Source: Raillietiella orientalis
Lineage: Eukaryota
Direction of reading: 5' to 3'
Assembly (NCBI GenBank): GCA_036172245.1
Contig: JAYWIR010000003.1
Coordinates: forward strand, 5,394,001-5,458,000
Length of the DNA stretch: 64,000 nucleotides
Of the stretch, positions 1 through 12,600 are shown in pieces (position 1 is the stretch's first letter; each line of letters opens with the position of its first letter). Below the pieces are notes generated by a model. The model searched no databases and was not told the origin of the DNA. It saw nothing but the letters and a program-made list of their open reading frames with translations. A program made the translations under genes and the position numbers.

Positions 1-763
1 CGGAGACGACATGGCATCGGCGAAACTGGAATAAACCGAAGAAAGGATACTTCAGGAGGAAACAGATGAGGTCCCGCCATTGTGCTGGAGCGAAAAGAAA
101 ATGTCATTAAAACAGCTGGAAACTCTGCTTAAACGATGATGACGCTCGAAATATGAAAATGACTCGCAGCTGCACCCGCTCTGGGGGAAGAATCCTCATC
201 TGCAACAAGGATGCACGAGACCGTTTCCAGGGGAATTTCATTTTTGGGAGAATGCTGCGAAGTACTACCGGGATCCTTTATGCAAGAGCTAGTGAGCAGC
301 TGACGACAAGCGGATGACTCCCGTTCGACGACAAGGAGGAAGTCCCAAAATCGGGTGAGTGACTTTCCCCGAGGATTCGGTGCAAAAGGGGGAAGAGCGA
401 TGGAGAATGACCCCAGCTAACTGAAGGATCCCAAAGCGGAGGTTCAGACATCTTCGGATGTGGTGTGAATCTGACCCGCATTTACCGCACTAATGGGCTG
501 TGAGCGGTGCGCGCTCGGACCTCTAGAGACGAAGAGCGGGTCCCGAAGAATTTCTTGCCGCAAGGCATGAGCCATGTTGACCGGTGGCACAAGCAGCATC
601 TACGTAGCCAACGAACACTGCTTTTCCTCATCAAGGTGCCACCTTCTCCGTTCAGGATGTGAGCCCACCTCGCCCTCGAACACTTCCCGTTAAAGTCCTC
701 GTAGTCCGTGCAGGAAAGGAAACTCTTTCCGGCCCCCTCCTGCCTGCGAAACGGGAAACTTAC

Positions 764-919
764 CGAAGCACTTGCTCTGGTTCGTGGCACGATCGATGAA
801 TACTTTCGAGCTGATGACGTTCCCGAACGGCAGAAACATCTGCATCAACTCGGCATCTCCGAACTCTTGAGGAAGGTGGTAGATGAAGAGGTTGCATCCT
901 TCTGGACCGGAAATGTAAC
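764..919 (-). CDS. bru3: bru3/CELF exon, 156 nt, (G)[51 protein letters not shown](G) (first half of RRM3), phase 1 to 1
   Basis: Acceptor atcctccgtag|GT, donor TCG|gtaagt; highly conserved CELF RRM3 sequence. Confidence 0.97.
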
Positions 920-3900
920 CTACGGAGGATTGCTCGTGATTGCGTGGTAGGGAAGCAGCGACTCTCAGGCAGCTGACGCCGAAAGGACCGACGCTCCCTC
1001 TGGATGAAAACCGTCCACGGACGATTGCCAGCATGAATTTCTCCGAGACGACGCGGACGTACGGCCTGTGAATTTCCCTAGGAACGAGCACGGTCCTTCT
1101 GCGTTGTTTTTCAGGAGAGGTCAGACATCTTCGTGAACCCGTCACTCGCGACACCTCTTCGTTCTCCCGTTATCTTCGCTTGCCCACAGGAGAGAAGAGG
1201 CATTCTAACTCTTTCTGTCGATCAAACCTCTCCGATCCGCTTTCGCCGGTGGGAATGAGCTTTAACAGCATGCCTAGAAGTTTTCCTCCGTCGCAACCTC
1301 CCTCTTCCTGTTCAGAGGAATAGGAAGAGTACGGTCACCATGGATGGAGGGTCTCATCGGACTCCACCTGCTGTACTTTGGCTTTGAATTGCCATCCTTC
1401 CCTCCTGCTCCTCGGTCCCGTTCACTCCAGTTTTCGGAAAATCTCCAAGGTTTCACCTAAAGCTTCCCACTCGGAGATCTCGACTCGTTTCCTGAAGCTG
1501 TAGGACATCAGAGGATCTTCAAAAACTCTGCTGGACGGAAAGCGACAGGAGCAACTCCTATCCTACTCAGTCTTGAGGAACAAATGGTGGGGACATATTT
1601 GCGACTGGGAAAAGGAGTGGCAACCAGGGGCAAGAAAGATGATGGATTCAGCCCTCTCGTACTTCGCTATCAGTAATTCTCTTTCCTTCTCCCTGAGGCA
1701 TGATTCTCCAAAATGCCGTGCCTCGATTGCATGCAATCTTCCCAGATTCTTTGATCAATGGTGAGATCCTTTCAGAAATTCGTCTAGGAACACCGCTTCG
1801 TGTGGACAAGAAGCGTCTTCTTAGTTGCTCCGGAGGGAACCGGTTCCAGTTCCAAAGAATTATGATGCAAGTCGATCCAGTGCAGCAGCGCTCCCAAGGC
1901 TAGGACGCAAGCTCTTTGTAGAGTCCTCCTTGCTAAAGGTGTCTAGCGAGGCGACACTCCCATCCTTGAACAGCAAAGTGGAAGAAAGAATAAAGCTGGC
2001 GGCAGGGACAGATGGGACATCCTATGCCGCAAATAGGCTGCATGGAACCTGCAATCCCGCCTCTACGACTGCATTCTTCCTCCAAGAAGGGGCACAGCAA
2101 GCGTGCACGTGCCGACTTCAAAGTGTCAGTCTTTTTCCCGTGGGTCTACGCCAACCACTGCGGCCAATTTGCCTCTATGGATAGCCGAGCCGAAATGAAG
2201 ACCGTCTGTACGCAACTCGTTTCCATAGCGATCGTTTTTGCTGTTTCCACGAGTTCCTGGCCTCTTTGCTGAGATCCACCAGCAGATGGCCGCTGGGCGG
2301 TCCCGCAGCAACCGCCCCTAACAGCTCTTCGATTCGCAGTAGGATGGTGAGCTGGCCGCTGTGGAAGTTGCGTGTGCTTGTCTCTCGGATACCCTTTTCT
2401 GCTCTCACGGGGGGGAAGACGGAGAGAGCGTTCCCATGCCGACTTCGAGAAGATCGATTTGCATCATCCGGCGCAACGTAGCCCGGCACCGCGTTTTCCG
2501 CCCCCTCGAGAACCAGACGCCACACGTACTCACCCCTGCTTACCTTCTTTCTGGGATTGTTGCAGAGCGGCAGCGGGGATGTGCTGGCTGAGGGCGTGAG
2601 CAAACTGACCATAAGTAGCAGGGAAACCGGAGGATGGGAACGCGAGATGCAGGATCCTCAGATCGTACTCCGGAGTAATGCTTCCCAGATCTGCAATGAG
2701 GAGTTCAAGCTCTTCGGCAGAGACGAAAGCAAATAGGAGAAGAAGAGAAAAGCAGCAATAAGGGGAAAGAAAACAGAATTAGAACAGAAACTGAGCAAAG
2801 AGAAGAACTGATGAGAAACGAGGATGCTGGAAGCTCACCTAAGCCAGAAGGATAGGCTTGCAGACCAGGAAAAGATGAAGGTATGGCCGATTCACCATTC
2901 GGGATGCTCTGATCTGGATAAAAAAAAAAAAAAATGGCATTTGATCTCATTGAAGAGAACTCTGTCAGCATCCAAAGCTTCCTGAGCGCAGGTGAAAGAA
3001 GATGAGACCGCGAAAGATCCTCCAAAGAGCACGACGACGACGAAGACCAGAACAACAGCAACAGCAAGAGCTTGAAGGAACCCACAGTCCTCCTAAATCT
3101 CAATAGGGCAGCAGCTTTCTGTTATATCTTTGGCAGCAGTCTGATTCAAAAATGCTGCTGCTGATGCCATCTGGACGGGCTGGAATCCCCGCATGGTCAG
3201 AGGAAGCAGCTAGCCGAGTGAATCGGTCCGTATCCATGGAAAAGGCAAGGAAAGAGAGAGAGAAAGAAAATGAAAAGCCATCCGTGGCTGCTTGCATTTC
3301 CTCAGAGGTCTCCCCACCCTCTTGTTGGGACCCCGAAGAGCCGGGTTTTCTACGCCCGCAGTAGGGAGAACCGCGATGGAGAAGTCGACTTTCCTCGGCA
3401 AGCTTGGAGGGTTCCCCCACCCCAACCCCCACTTCTGAATTTTGGCTAAACATGAGAAGACGCGCCTCTTGGAGTCCCTTCCTTCTGCCGGCGACAGACA
3501 GCGCCGCCTCGTGCGCTCGGCGCAGACACGAAACACCCCAAAGCCCCCTTGGGTGGGTGGCTTCCAACCTTCGAATGTCCTCGGAAGGGATAGATGGGAT
3601 AGGCGAATACGGGGACCCCCATCGCGTTCGCAGCTCCGGCTGGTCCTTAGGTCCTCGCCATGGGTGAGCGCCAGCGTGAGGATCCCTCGTAAAAGAAATG
3701 CGTCAGGAAGAGGAAGAATTCAGGTTCCCTAGGGAGCGCACCTGCTTTCGAAGGGGTCCCTGACCTCCCGGGTCAGGTGTCCTTCTAGAGAAGATGCTCC
3801 TGCGCGGAAACACGCACTCCCCTTGCCCCTTTCGACGCCTCCGCCCACGCACGGGCGGAGGAGGTGGAGTGTGATCTAGCGAGCGGCAGCAGCGCAGCGC

Positions 3901-6900
3901 CCCCACACGCCCTCCAGACTCTCAGGAGACGTCGGGTTTCCTTCCACTCTTCTCGGAGGGAGAGGGAAGGTCGCAGCTCCCGGAAGTCGCCCCAACCGGA
4001 ATCCACCCTCCCCAGCCAGAAGCGAACGCCTTACGTGCAGAGGGGGGGTACTGGGTCGAGGTGGTGATCCCTGAAGTGGGGGAGAAAAGTGCGGAAGGGT
4101 TCACTTCGTTCACGTTCCCGTTGGAACTGATGGTTTGTGGTGCCACAGTGTAGGTCGACAACGTGGGGGAGGGAAGATTCGTTATAGTCCCATTCATGGG
4201 GTGGTGTCCTCCTCCAGTTCCTGAGAGAAAAATAGGATTTTCCAGAAATCTCGTTTTTTGATGGGTTCTCAACTTATTTTATTTTATTTTTTCTCCCCAG
4301 AAGAAGGGGGCGTGTTCTTTCGCCACCCCCTTTCTAGCGCGGCAGCAACTCGGCCTAAACTCAAATAGGGGTGTTCGAACGGCCCCATGGAAAGCGACCC
4401 TCCCGTTCCGGAAGTGCAAGCGCCGGCGGCGATCTTTGGGAGCGGAGCGGAAAGGCGACCTCCCAGCCCCCTGTGCAACCTTGAACCCGGTCTCCTGAAG
4501 AGCGGACGGAAGGAAGTGCAGCGCATGGACGGAAGGCGAAGCTCCGATCTCCTACCGTTCCGGCTGCATCTCTAGCGGAAGGACGGGCCCATTTTTTTTG
4601 CTTCCCTCTTTCATCGATGAGAGTTTCCTCCCCGCTCGCCGGATCCCGAGGTCCTCGTTAGCCGTTCCCAAAGGAAGAAACGAAGCCGGCGGTCTTGTCG
4701 CTCCCAGCACGAGTCGGGTGATTCCCAGCATCCAGCGCCACGGATGACGATGAAGCAGTTGCAGTGCCGCTAAATGAAGAAAGGCGGAGGTCCGTGGCGT
4801 AAGGCTCCAGGAAATCATTCGCTCGGTTACTGGCGATTCGTCGCCTCTCCTCCCTGGTGACGTATCTCGGAGGGAGGATGCAGGCTTCGACTGCGAGATC
4901 GGTTCTCTCTTTCATCTCGGATTCCATCCTAGCAACAGCCGAGACGAACTGTTCGCCATTTCGGATGGCGAGTGAAGCTCGCACTAAATTGGAATTTACG
5001 CGGAAAGCAGGAGTAGCGAAGTTTCCCAGATGCTATCTCATGAATCCATGGAGACGGGCCGGTAATTAAATAAGTTCTTTTCCGAGCATTCCTCCTCGGT
5101 TTATGAATATTTAGTTGCCTTCTGTCACTTGTTATGAGGATTCCAACTCGTCACCTCCCGGCTGATGAAAGCCACAGCGTGAGATCTTCGTGGCTCCTGT
5201 GTCTCCCGCTCATTGCTGGCGAATCCGGGATTTCCGGGGAGCCGGAATTCCGAGAGCCGTTTCGCCGCTGCTTCCGTTGCGTTAGAACCGAGGGATGCTG
5301 CGAGAGATATGAAATGTGCCAATTTCTGCAAATCGTCAGCCCCATCCATCTGTCTTATCCGATTCTCCTCAATTAAACTGCTCAGAGCCGCTTCGGCTTC
5401 ATCTGGGGTCGCGTAGGTAAGCAGCTCCGCCTCGAAGAGTACCGCACGGCTCGTTCACCTGATTCGGTCCAGCATCTCAGACCCGAGCAATGCCCTGAAA
5501 GCTAAAGCAGCTCCGTCTGCTTCCCGAACGAGGTCATTCCGTCACGGATGCTGCATGTACCACGGAACAGCGTTGAGCACGCGATATATGCAATCCGACA
5601 CACGACGAGCCAGCATCGCCTTGGCTCCAGTTGATGGGATGGGACACGAGGCTCCTCGAGGCCTCAGCTGATCTGAAGAGGTTGGTTCGCAGCAAGGCTC
5701 ACTCCTCGAATTGGATCGCCCACGGCGTGGTCAGCTGCCTTTGCGAATGCAGTCACAGACTTTGGAATCTCCCCCCAGCTTTGAAGACAACGCTCGGATG
5801 CTGCTGCCTTTCCCTTTGCTTCCTCCTTTTCCTTGTTCCGGTGTTTCGCATTGAAATTCCTTTGTTCGTTGAACGGAGCTCTTCGCAGCTTCCCTTATGG
5901 TGCACTGCAGATAATGCTCGAACGGTCTCTCCGAATGGCTGCATCTGCCCTTTCAGGGGAGATAAGAATCTTTTGTGTCCAATTCCTCAATCCAGATACA
6001 TGTCTCCTCATAGAAAGCGAGGACGTTTGCTGCTCAACATTAATGAGGCCGAGGTGACGTTCTTCCCAAGCGCTTTGCATCTGCTTGCACCCAGCATCTT
6101 CGCGTCTCGAGACAAAGGCGGAATTTGCTGTGGGAAGCGAAAATGCGAAATGGTGAGCTGCCTTCGCGACGTGGAACTTCCGTGTACGATTCCGACGAAA
6201 CATTGGTACACGTGCAACGTTTCCGGATTCCGTCTGATTCCTCAGTGACCTCCTGTTCTTCAGGAAGCAGCACGTGGAATAAAAAAAAAAAAAAAAAAAA
6301 AATCCTCTGCATGCTCAGTTCTTCTACTTTTCAGGAGGCGCTCAGAGTCCCGCGCGACAAAATCCAAAGCACGAGCGTTTGAGTCCAAGTCGTGTTTCCT
6401 CGAAAACTTTCGCGCCATCTTCTGCTCAGCTGAGAACACTAAGACTCCAGAATCCTACAGGAGTTTGTGGGTTTTCTTTTTTTTTTTCTTTTTTCCCCTT
6501 CCGAACGAATTGCCGCGCTGCGCAATGCATGGAGTGGACAATAAACCCTTCAGCTATGTGATCGGGTGATTACCGGAACATGTAGAAGTTGTCCACGGGA
6601 AGCCGAGCAGACTGTTTGTGCCTCGGAGACACGGAACGCACGCGCGAAGAAGAAGGCACGGCGCTCTTCCGTTTGGCGCAGGAAATTACGCGACTTGAAA
6701 TGGGAAAAGGGCAGTGGCTGCAAACACTGCAGAAACCATACACTTACACGGGGAAAGATTTTAAATCTCTGGACACACACATTTTTAGTATCTCTATATC
6801 TGCCGTATCTTCGGTATGTGCCCTCAGCACTTATTACGCAACGTGGTTTACTTAGGTTTACTGTACACATACAAAGTGCAGATGATGCAATTCGTATCAC

Positions 6901-9592
6901 TGCAGGCACCTCACCTGGGCACATTCACTCTGCTATGCCACACTGTTTGCTACATAAGACACTGATAAATACGTATATAATGTTATGCAAATTATATCTG
7001 AAGAACCATACATGTGTACATCGTATTATATATATTGTAGTACATAAGAGCATGGATGTTTATATGCTGTGGCATATTTTATCTGGTATATTCCGTTTCG
7101 AATACATGTGTACGCTTGTTTATATGTGGCTGTATACCATTTCAAGTAGACGCACTTTTTCGAAGTGACCTCACAGACTCATGAGGCAGAGACGTATGCA
7201 CCTGCCGGATGTGGGACCAATGTGTTTTATCCCAAACATGCACGCGCATCCCACTTCTTCCGTCCCTACGATGACCGGTTCTCTTCAACTCTCCAATTCT
7301 CTCTTAAAACTATCGACATAGGGTTTCTTCATTTGCGTTTTTGGTAGCGAAATCACTTCGATTCTTTGGCTGATGTTGCAATTTCACGAATCAGAGAGGA
7401 AGAGTAACTAAAGAATAAACATCGAAAAAAAGGAAAAAAAAAGAATCTCCATTTTCCTCCAAGAATCTCCATGTTTACTCCCTCTTCTTTGCAGCGGATT
7501 GCACACGCGGAAAAAAAAAAAAAAAAAAAAAGCAAAGAGAGAGAGAGAGAGAGAAAATTCCCTTACCTGTGGCAGCAGAAACTACGGGACTGGCGATGCC
7601 ATTTGTCAAGGTGGCATGAGGTAATTGGGTCGCTAATCCTGCCAGTGGATTGATGAAGCTTCCGGGAGTTGCAGTCGCCGCCATGAGAGCTGCCTGTTGC
7701 TGCATGAACTGAAAGCACAATTTGCGTCCATCAAATATTAACGGAAAGTGCACGTGGATCCAGGCACGGCCTTATCTTCTCTACGGTGCCGCCAGGCTGA
7801 TATTTAACTTCCAAGGATGCTGCGAACCAAGCAACGTGCCCTGCTCCTACCGTCCTTCCCCTCGGAAACAAGATTCATCAGAGCTGCTACGCGATGATCG
7901 ATTAGAAGATCAATCCGGTGGCAGCTAATTTTCGCAACTTCACTTTCCGTGAAGTTGCGAGCATGTTTGCACATCTTCCTGCAGCACACCGGCAAGATGA
8001 CGTTTCGCTGCTGCTAAGCTGCTGCAGGAGGAAACCGGAAGAGCCGGCGAGGGAGAGGAGATCGCAGCTCGCCCCGGACGGTAGACGGGCGGAAGGTTTC
8101 TTTTCGAAGCACGCACAAGAACGCGTGCTTTTCGAGAAATCGAGGGGAAGTCACAGAGGAGGAGAAAGAAGGAAGGATGAAGTTCGGTTAGCAAAAAAAA
8201 AAAATAAGCTCTCGGGTGAGAATGGCTGCGGAAGAGATGGCTGAGATCGAGTAAAGAGCTACCAGAGAGAGGAAATAGCAGCAGAATTCGTCAGATGTTT
8301 AGAACGAATTCTGCAGTGATGAGTTCAGAATGCTTTTGTTCTCCTCTCCCTGGAACGAGTCAGCTGCCATCTTTCACGACATCACGAATCTCCATCGCTC
8401 GTGCTCAGGAGCTGCTCTGAAGAATCCAGCAGCGGCCGGGCTTGAAGAATATTACCTGAGGGACTCGAACGAATAATCACAAAGATCGATCCATGGTCGG
8501 GGGGAACAGAAATCGAAGGGAGAATCAAGGAACGTCTAAAGCAAGAAGTGAGTGCGGAGTGCGTCAGGGAGTGGTGGCGGAGGTTCCTTATCCTGGAGTT
8601 GCGAGGAGGGAAATCTTGGTAAATGGTAGGGCACGGAGTGATCTCGGGAGCGAAGAGGAAATCTGAAAATGGCAGAGACGCCCGTTTGCAATTTCGAGAA
8701 CACTACGTTTTCCCAGGAATGCGATCAGCCCACGTGTGCGAGGACGTTGGGTCACCGATCTGTGTCAGGATCCTCCAGGTTTCGAGGTCGAGAGGTGGAC
8801 TCTCGCAAAGACAAACCAAACACAGCTACTTTTGTTGGAAATCAGGAAGGCACTTTAGGTGAAAGCCTTGCATGCGTCATTTTGACATCGTTTTTCCGAA
8901 AAGGGTGCACTGCATTCACTCGTAGACAGCAGGCAACGGTATCTATGCAAGAAGAAGTCGAGAAAGTTCCACAGTCCAAGATGAGAGTCACAGATCAGTG
9001 AAGCACGGCCGTCTGGGAGTTCGGGAATGCAAACAGGTCGGTAGAAATGCCATCGCAGGATTCGATTATCGGATCCACCATGGGAGGATATCCGACGGCT
9101 TTGCTGAGCTCACCCAGCATCTCCACTGCAATCTTGTCGATTAGCTCCGTGCATCGAAGGGACTGCCGCTCCGGAACGCAACTGCGTTCTACGCAGCAGA
9201 GGCCCCGAGCATAGCGGAAAACAAGTTGCAGTTGGATTAAATCACGTGTGATGGTTTTTGTGACCTGATCCATTCGGACCGACGTACCGAAAGTAATGAA
9301 GAAGGAAAATCTGGAATGGGAGCACAAAAATGGGCTTTCCCGGAAGTGTCCCTTTCAGAAGCAAAGAAGAAAAAAAGTTTCCTTCGGAAGAAGGAAACGG
9401 TGGGGTGAAAGCAAAATGGAGCAATCTCTCCCCCTCTTTTTTAATCCATTTTGCTTTCCTTTCGTTCCCTTCGTATCGGGGAACTCAGAATCTGGATTTC
9501 GACCGGATGGAGAACCTGCCCAAATCAACGGGGAGCTGCAGGTTTTCGGGATTCGCAGGTGCCGTTATCGATGGGCACTCCGGCAACTTTTT

Positions 9593-9623
<31 letters not shown>

Positions 9624-12600
9624 CCAGGGGCAATTAACCAGCCGCACGCGTTCACGGCCACGGCACGGGACCACCCACAAACACCACAGCATCTGAACTT
9701 AATGGGGGCTCCGGGTTGACACAAACACGGTGGAGAATGGAAGACACACACGAAAGGAGATCAACCTGGAACCGACGAAGAGAACGTGGTGGGGAAGAAA
9801 TAGAAGGGGATTCTTTTCATCCCGGAATCGGGAGCACTGCGAAGCTGTGATGCTGGAAGCATTCACGTTGAAACGAAGAGTTTCACCCGTCACGAAATTT
9901 CTCGAAGAGATTAGCGGCAGCTCCCCCCCTTCTAGAAGCAGAGGCTTCCGAGGAAGTCCAGATCGAGCGGTGCACCATAAAGGGCCAAATCGAGAGCAGC
10001 GTGCGTAGCGAAACGGTGAAGACCTTCTCGGAACCTCCGCGAGGTACGCGCTGCTATCCCGAAAGCCATCTCGAAACACCCGGAGGAATCGGGAGTTGGC
10101 AGGAGGCAGGAGCCGATTCTTTGATTCCTCGAGGTGAGGAAATGATCCGTTCGCTTTCCCGCGAAACACCCTGCCAGCAAAGCTGTCCCATCCGATAGGA
10201 TCAAATGAAAGTTGGATTGCGAGTGGCAAGAGCAAACAGCCGAGCCAAAAAAAAAAAAAAAAAATATGGGGAGATCGCAGGATGGGAGTGGGAAGAGCGG
10301 GAAACGATTTCAGAGAAGTGCATATAAAGCAGTCACGGAGGATCAACAACTCGTTTTAAATTGCAAGAAGCTAGAAAGCAGATTACAACTGAAGCGGAGG
10401 AAAAGCATTTATTCTGGGAGCACTTGAGAAAATATCGAAGCTTTGGAGCGAATCCGTTGAGAGATGCGACCAGCAGCATCCGAGATTGCCCCTCGCGAGA
10501 TCGATTTCTCAAACCTAAAAGCGAAAACAGTTGAAATTCACAAAATTCGTCCTCGGCACACGTCGAGCTGCGAGTTTTGGAGAATTAAACGTCAGCCTTC
10601 CTGTTATGAGTGTAATTTATGCCCCGAGGGAGAATTGCGCAGAAGCTGCAGCTTTCCTTACTAGTTGGCAAGCGCAGGCCGGTGAAGAGGAACGGCACTT
10701 TGCCGGAAGAACCGAAAGGAGATTCATCAGGAGCAATACGAACAGTCGGTCCAGAGGAAAAAGACTCTTGCTCTGGCGCAAAAAAGAGGAGACTTGAGCG
10801 TTTTTCAACCGACTCTGGCCGACACGGACACGCTTCGGGGTGTTCCCTGCCTGGGGTGGGCATGGTCCAATAGCGGGAGAGAGGAAAACTGGAAACAGCT
10901 CGAGCAGAAAGGGAGTTTCCAGAGGTGGGAAGGCTTGGGGCACTTCATAGTGACCGGAAGGGCCACTTCAGATAAGGCAAATGCAGCATCGCATCTTCTG
11001 CGATCTGCATGCAGGAGCTGCTTACCGTTCCCATGTGTGCGTAAGGAGCGTAATTCCCGAACTGAGTGAGAAGGAACGGGTTGAGGATGCCTAAGTTCCC
11101 AGCCATCTGTTGCATTCTTCTCAGCTGCCTCTCTTTCTCGGTATCGGCGAACTTGACCACCAGGCTTGAAGAAGCCCCCTGCATCAAACAAAAATTCAAT
11201 AAGCGCAAAGAACACATTCTGAGGAGCGCAGGGTCCCTTTTGCTGCTGCTTTTACTAGAACTGAATCGGTGCGTGCGAAGGGGTTACACGCGGGTTCGTA
11301 CCGGTTGCGTATTTTTGGAGACCGTTCCGAGGTCACGAAGGGGGGAAGGGGGGAAGGATAGCTACTCTTCACAGCAGCCGAGCCAATCCGAAATATCTGT
11401 CCGAATATCAAAAGTGTCCCGTTCGCCATCCGGGAATTAGGACGGTGGAAACATCGGAACTGCTGACGTTTCGCAAGCACTGCATCGCGGTCTCCCTGCG
11501 ACTTTGAAGCGCACTCGCTTCTTCCTCCACGCATCGGAAGCAATGGTAAAGACAAAACGATCCTGGATGCCGTTATTCCGTTGCCACAGAGTGATGAATG
11601 GCGGCTCGTACATGTAATGTGCGAAAAACAAAGATGGATCGATCGGTCATTTCGAAAAATTCGATCCCCCTATCTCTGATGATTTTTCTGTTCCTTCCGA
11701 GCATGACAAGGAACCATTTTTCATTCTCAACAGTGTTCCGGCCTCGACCGAGATCGGTCGTTTTTGGCATGAGCTGCAGCTCCAGAAACGAATGGACTCA
11801 TTTATCGAACTCAAAACACGCCTCACGATTTGATTATAAACAACCAATAAACTCGGGAAGCGGAGAGCGGACACACACTGGAAGAAAGTCTTTGTGGGAT
11901 GATGCTGCCAGCTACCAGTGCAGGAAAATGTTAATCAAAGAGTATCGCCGATCTGAGATATCCTCGCAATTGATGACTGATGACTAAGAATGGCAAGCTG
12001 GCTATCATGAAAAAAATTGCAGGACGCTCTCTTTTTTTTTTGTTTTGCGTGCGTGTGTGTGTGTGTGTGCGCGTGTGTGTTCAATGTGATGATAATCTGC
12101 CATCTTTTTTTTTATCATGCTCATGAACTGCAATCTTCTAAATTATATCTTCTCGTTGCAACAAGAGCAAGGACAGCAGCTTGCGAGCATCACGAATCAT
12201 AGAAGCTGCTTCAAGAAAAAGCCACAGCTGAAGCAAAAACACAAAAAGGCACACTGAGCAAAAGATTCCTAACACTTCAGCAGCTAGACCAAAACCCATC
12301 CACATCCTCGAAATCATTTATTCCCCATTAAGGTATTCGCAATTCCTGTTGTCGAGATCGTCCTTAAAAAAGAGGGGAAAAAAAAAAAGCATCTGCTCGA
12401 GGTACGGAGACGGGAATCCACGCGCACCAGAACACACACAAGTGTATCCGGGCGCGTTTGGGAGCATGCGGAAGTAGCCATGGGAACGAGCTCGTTCCGA
12501 ATGGCCATTGACGAGGAGACACAGTGTTTCCGAACACACGAACCGGCCAACTCTTCCCGAGAAATCCGCACTGTTCCTTGCGAACAGGCAGGGTGGTTTT

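Noticed and set aside
1..763. Terminal coding exon for the rest of RRM3 (family consensus FVSFDN...MKRLKVQLKRPK)
   Set aside because: Searched by eye on the minus strand and not found; probably lies left of the window.
8460..8470. B-box-like GTTCGAGTCCC identical to part of the 44.16 kb element
   Set aside because: No T-stem pairing, A-box or further similarity.
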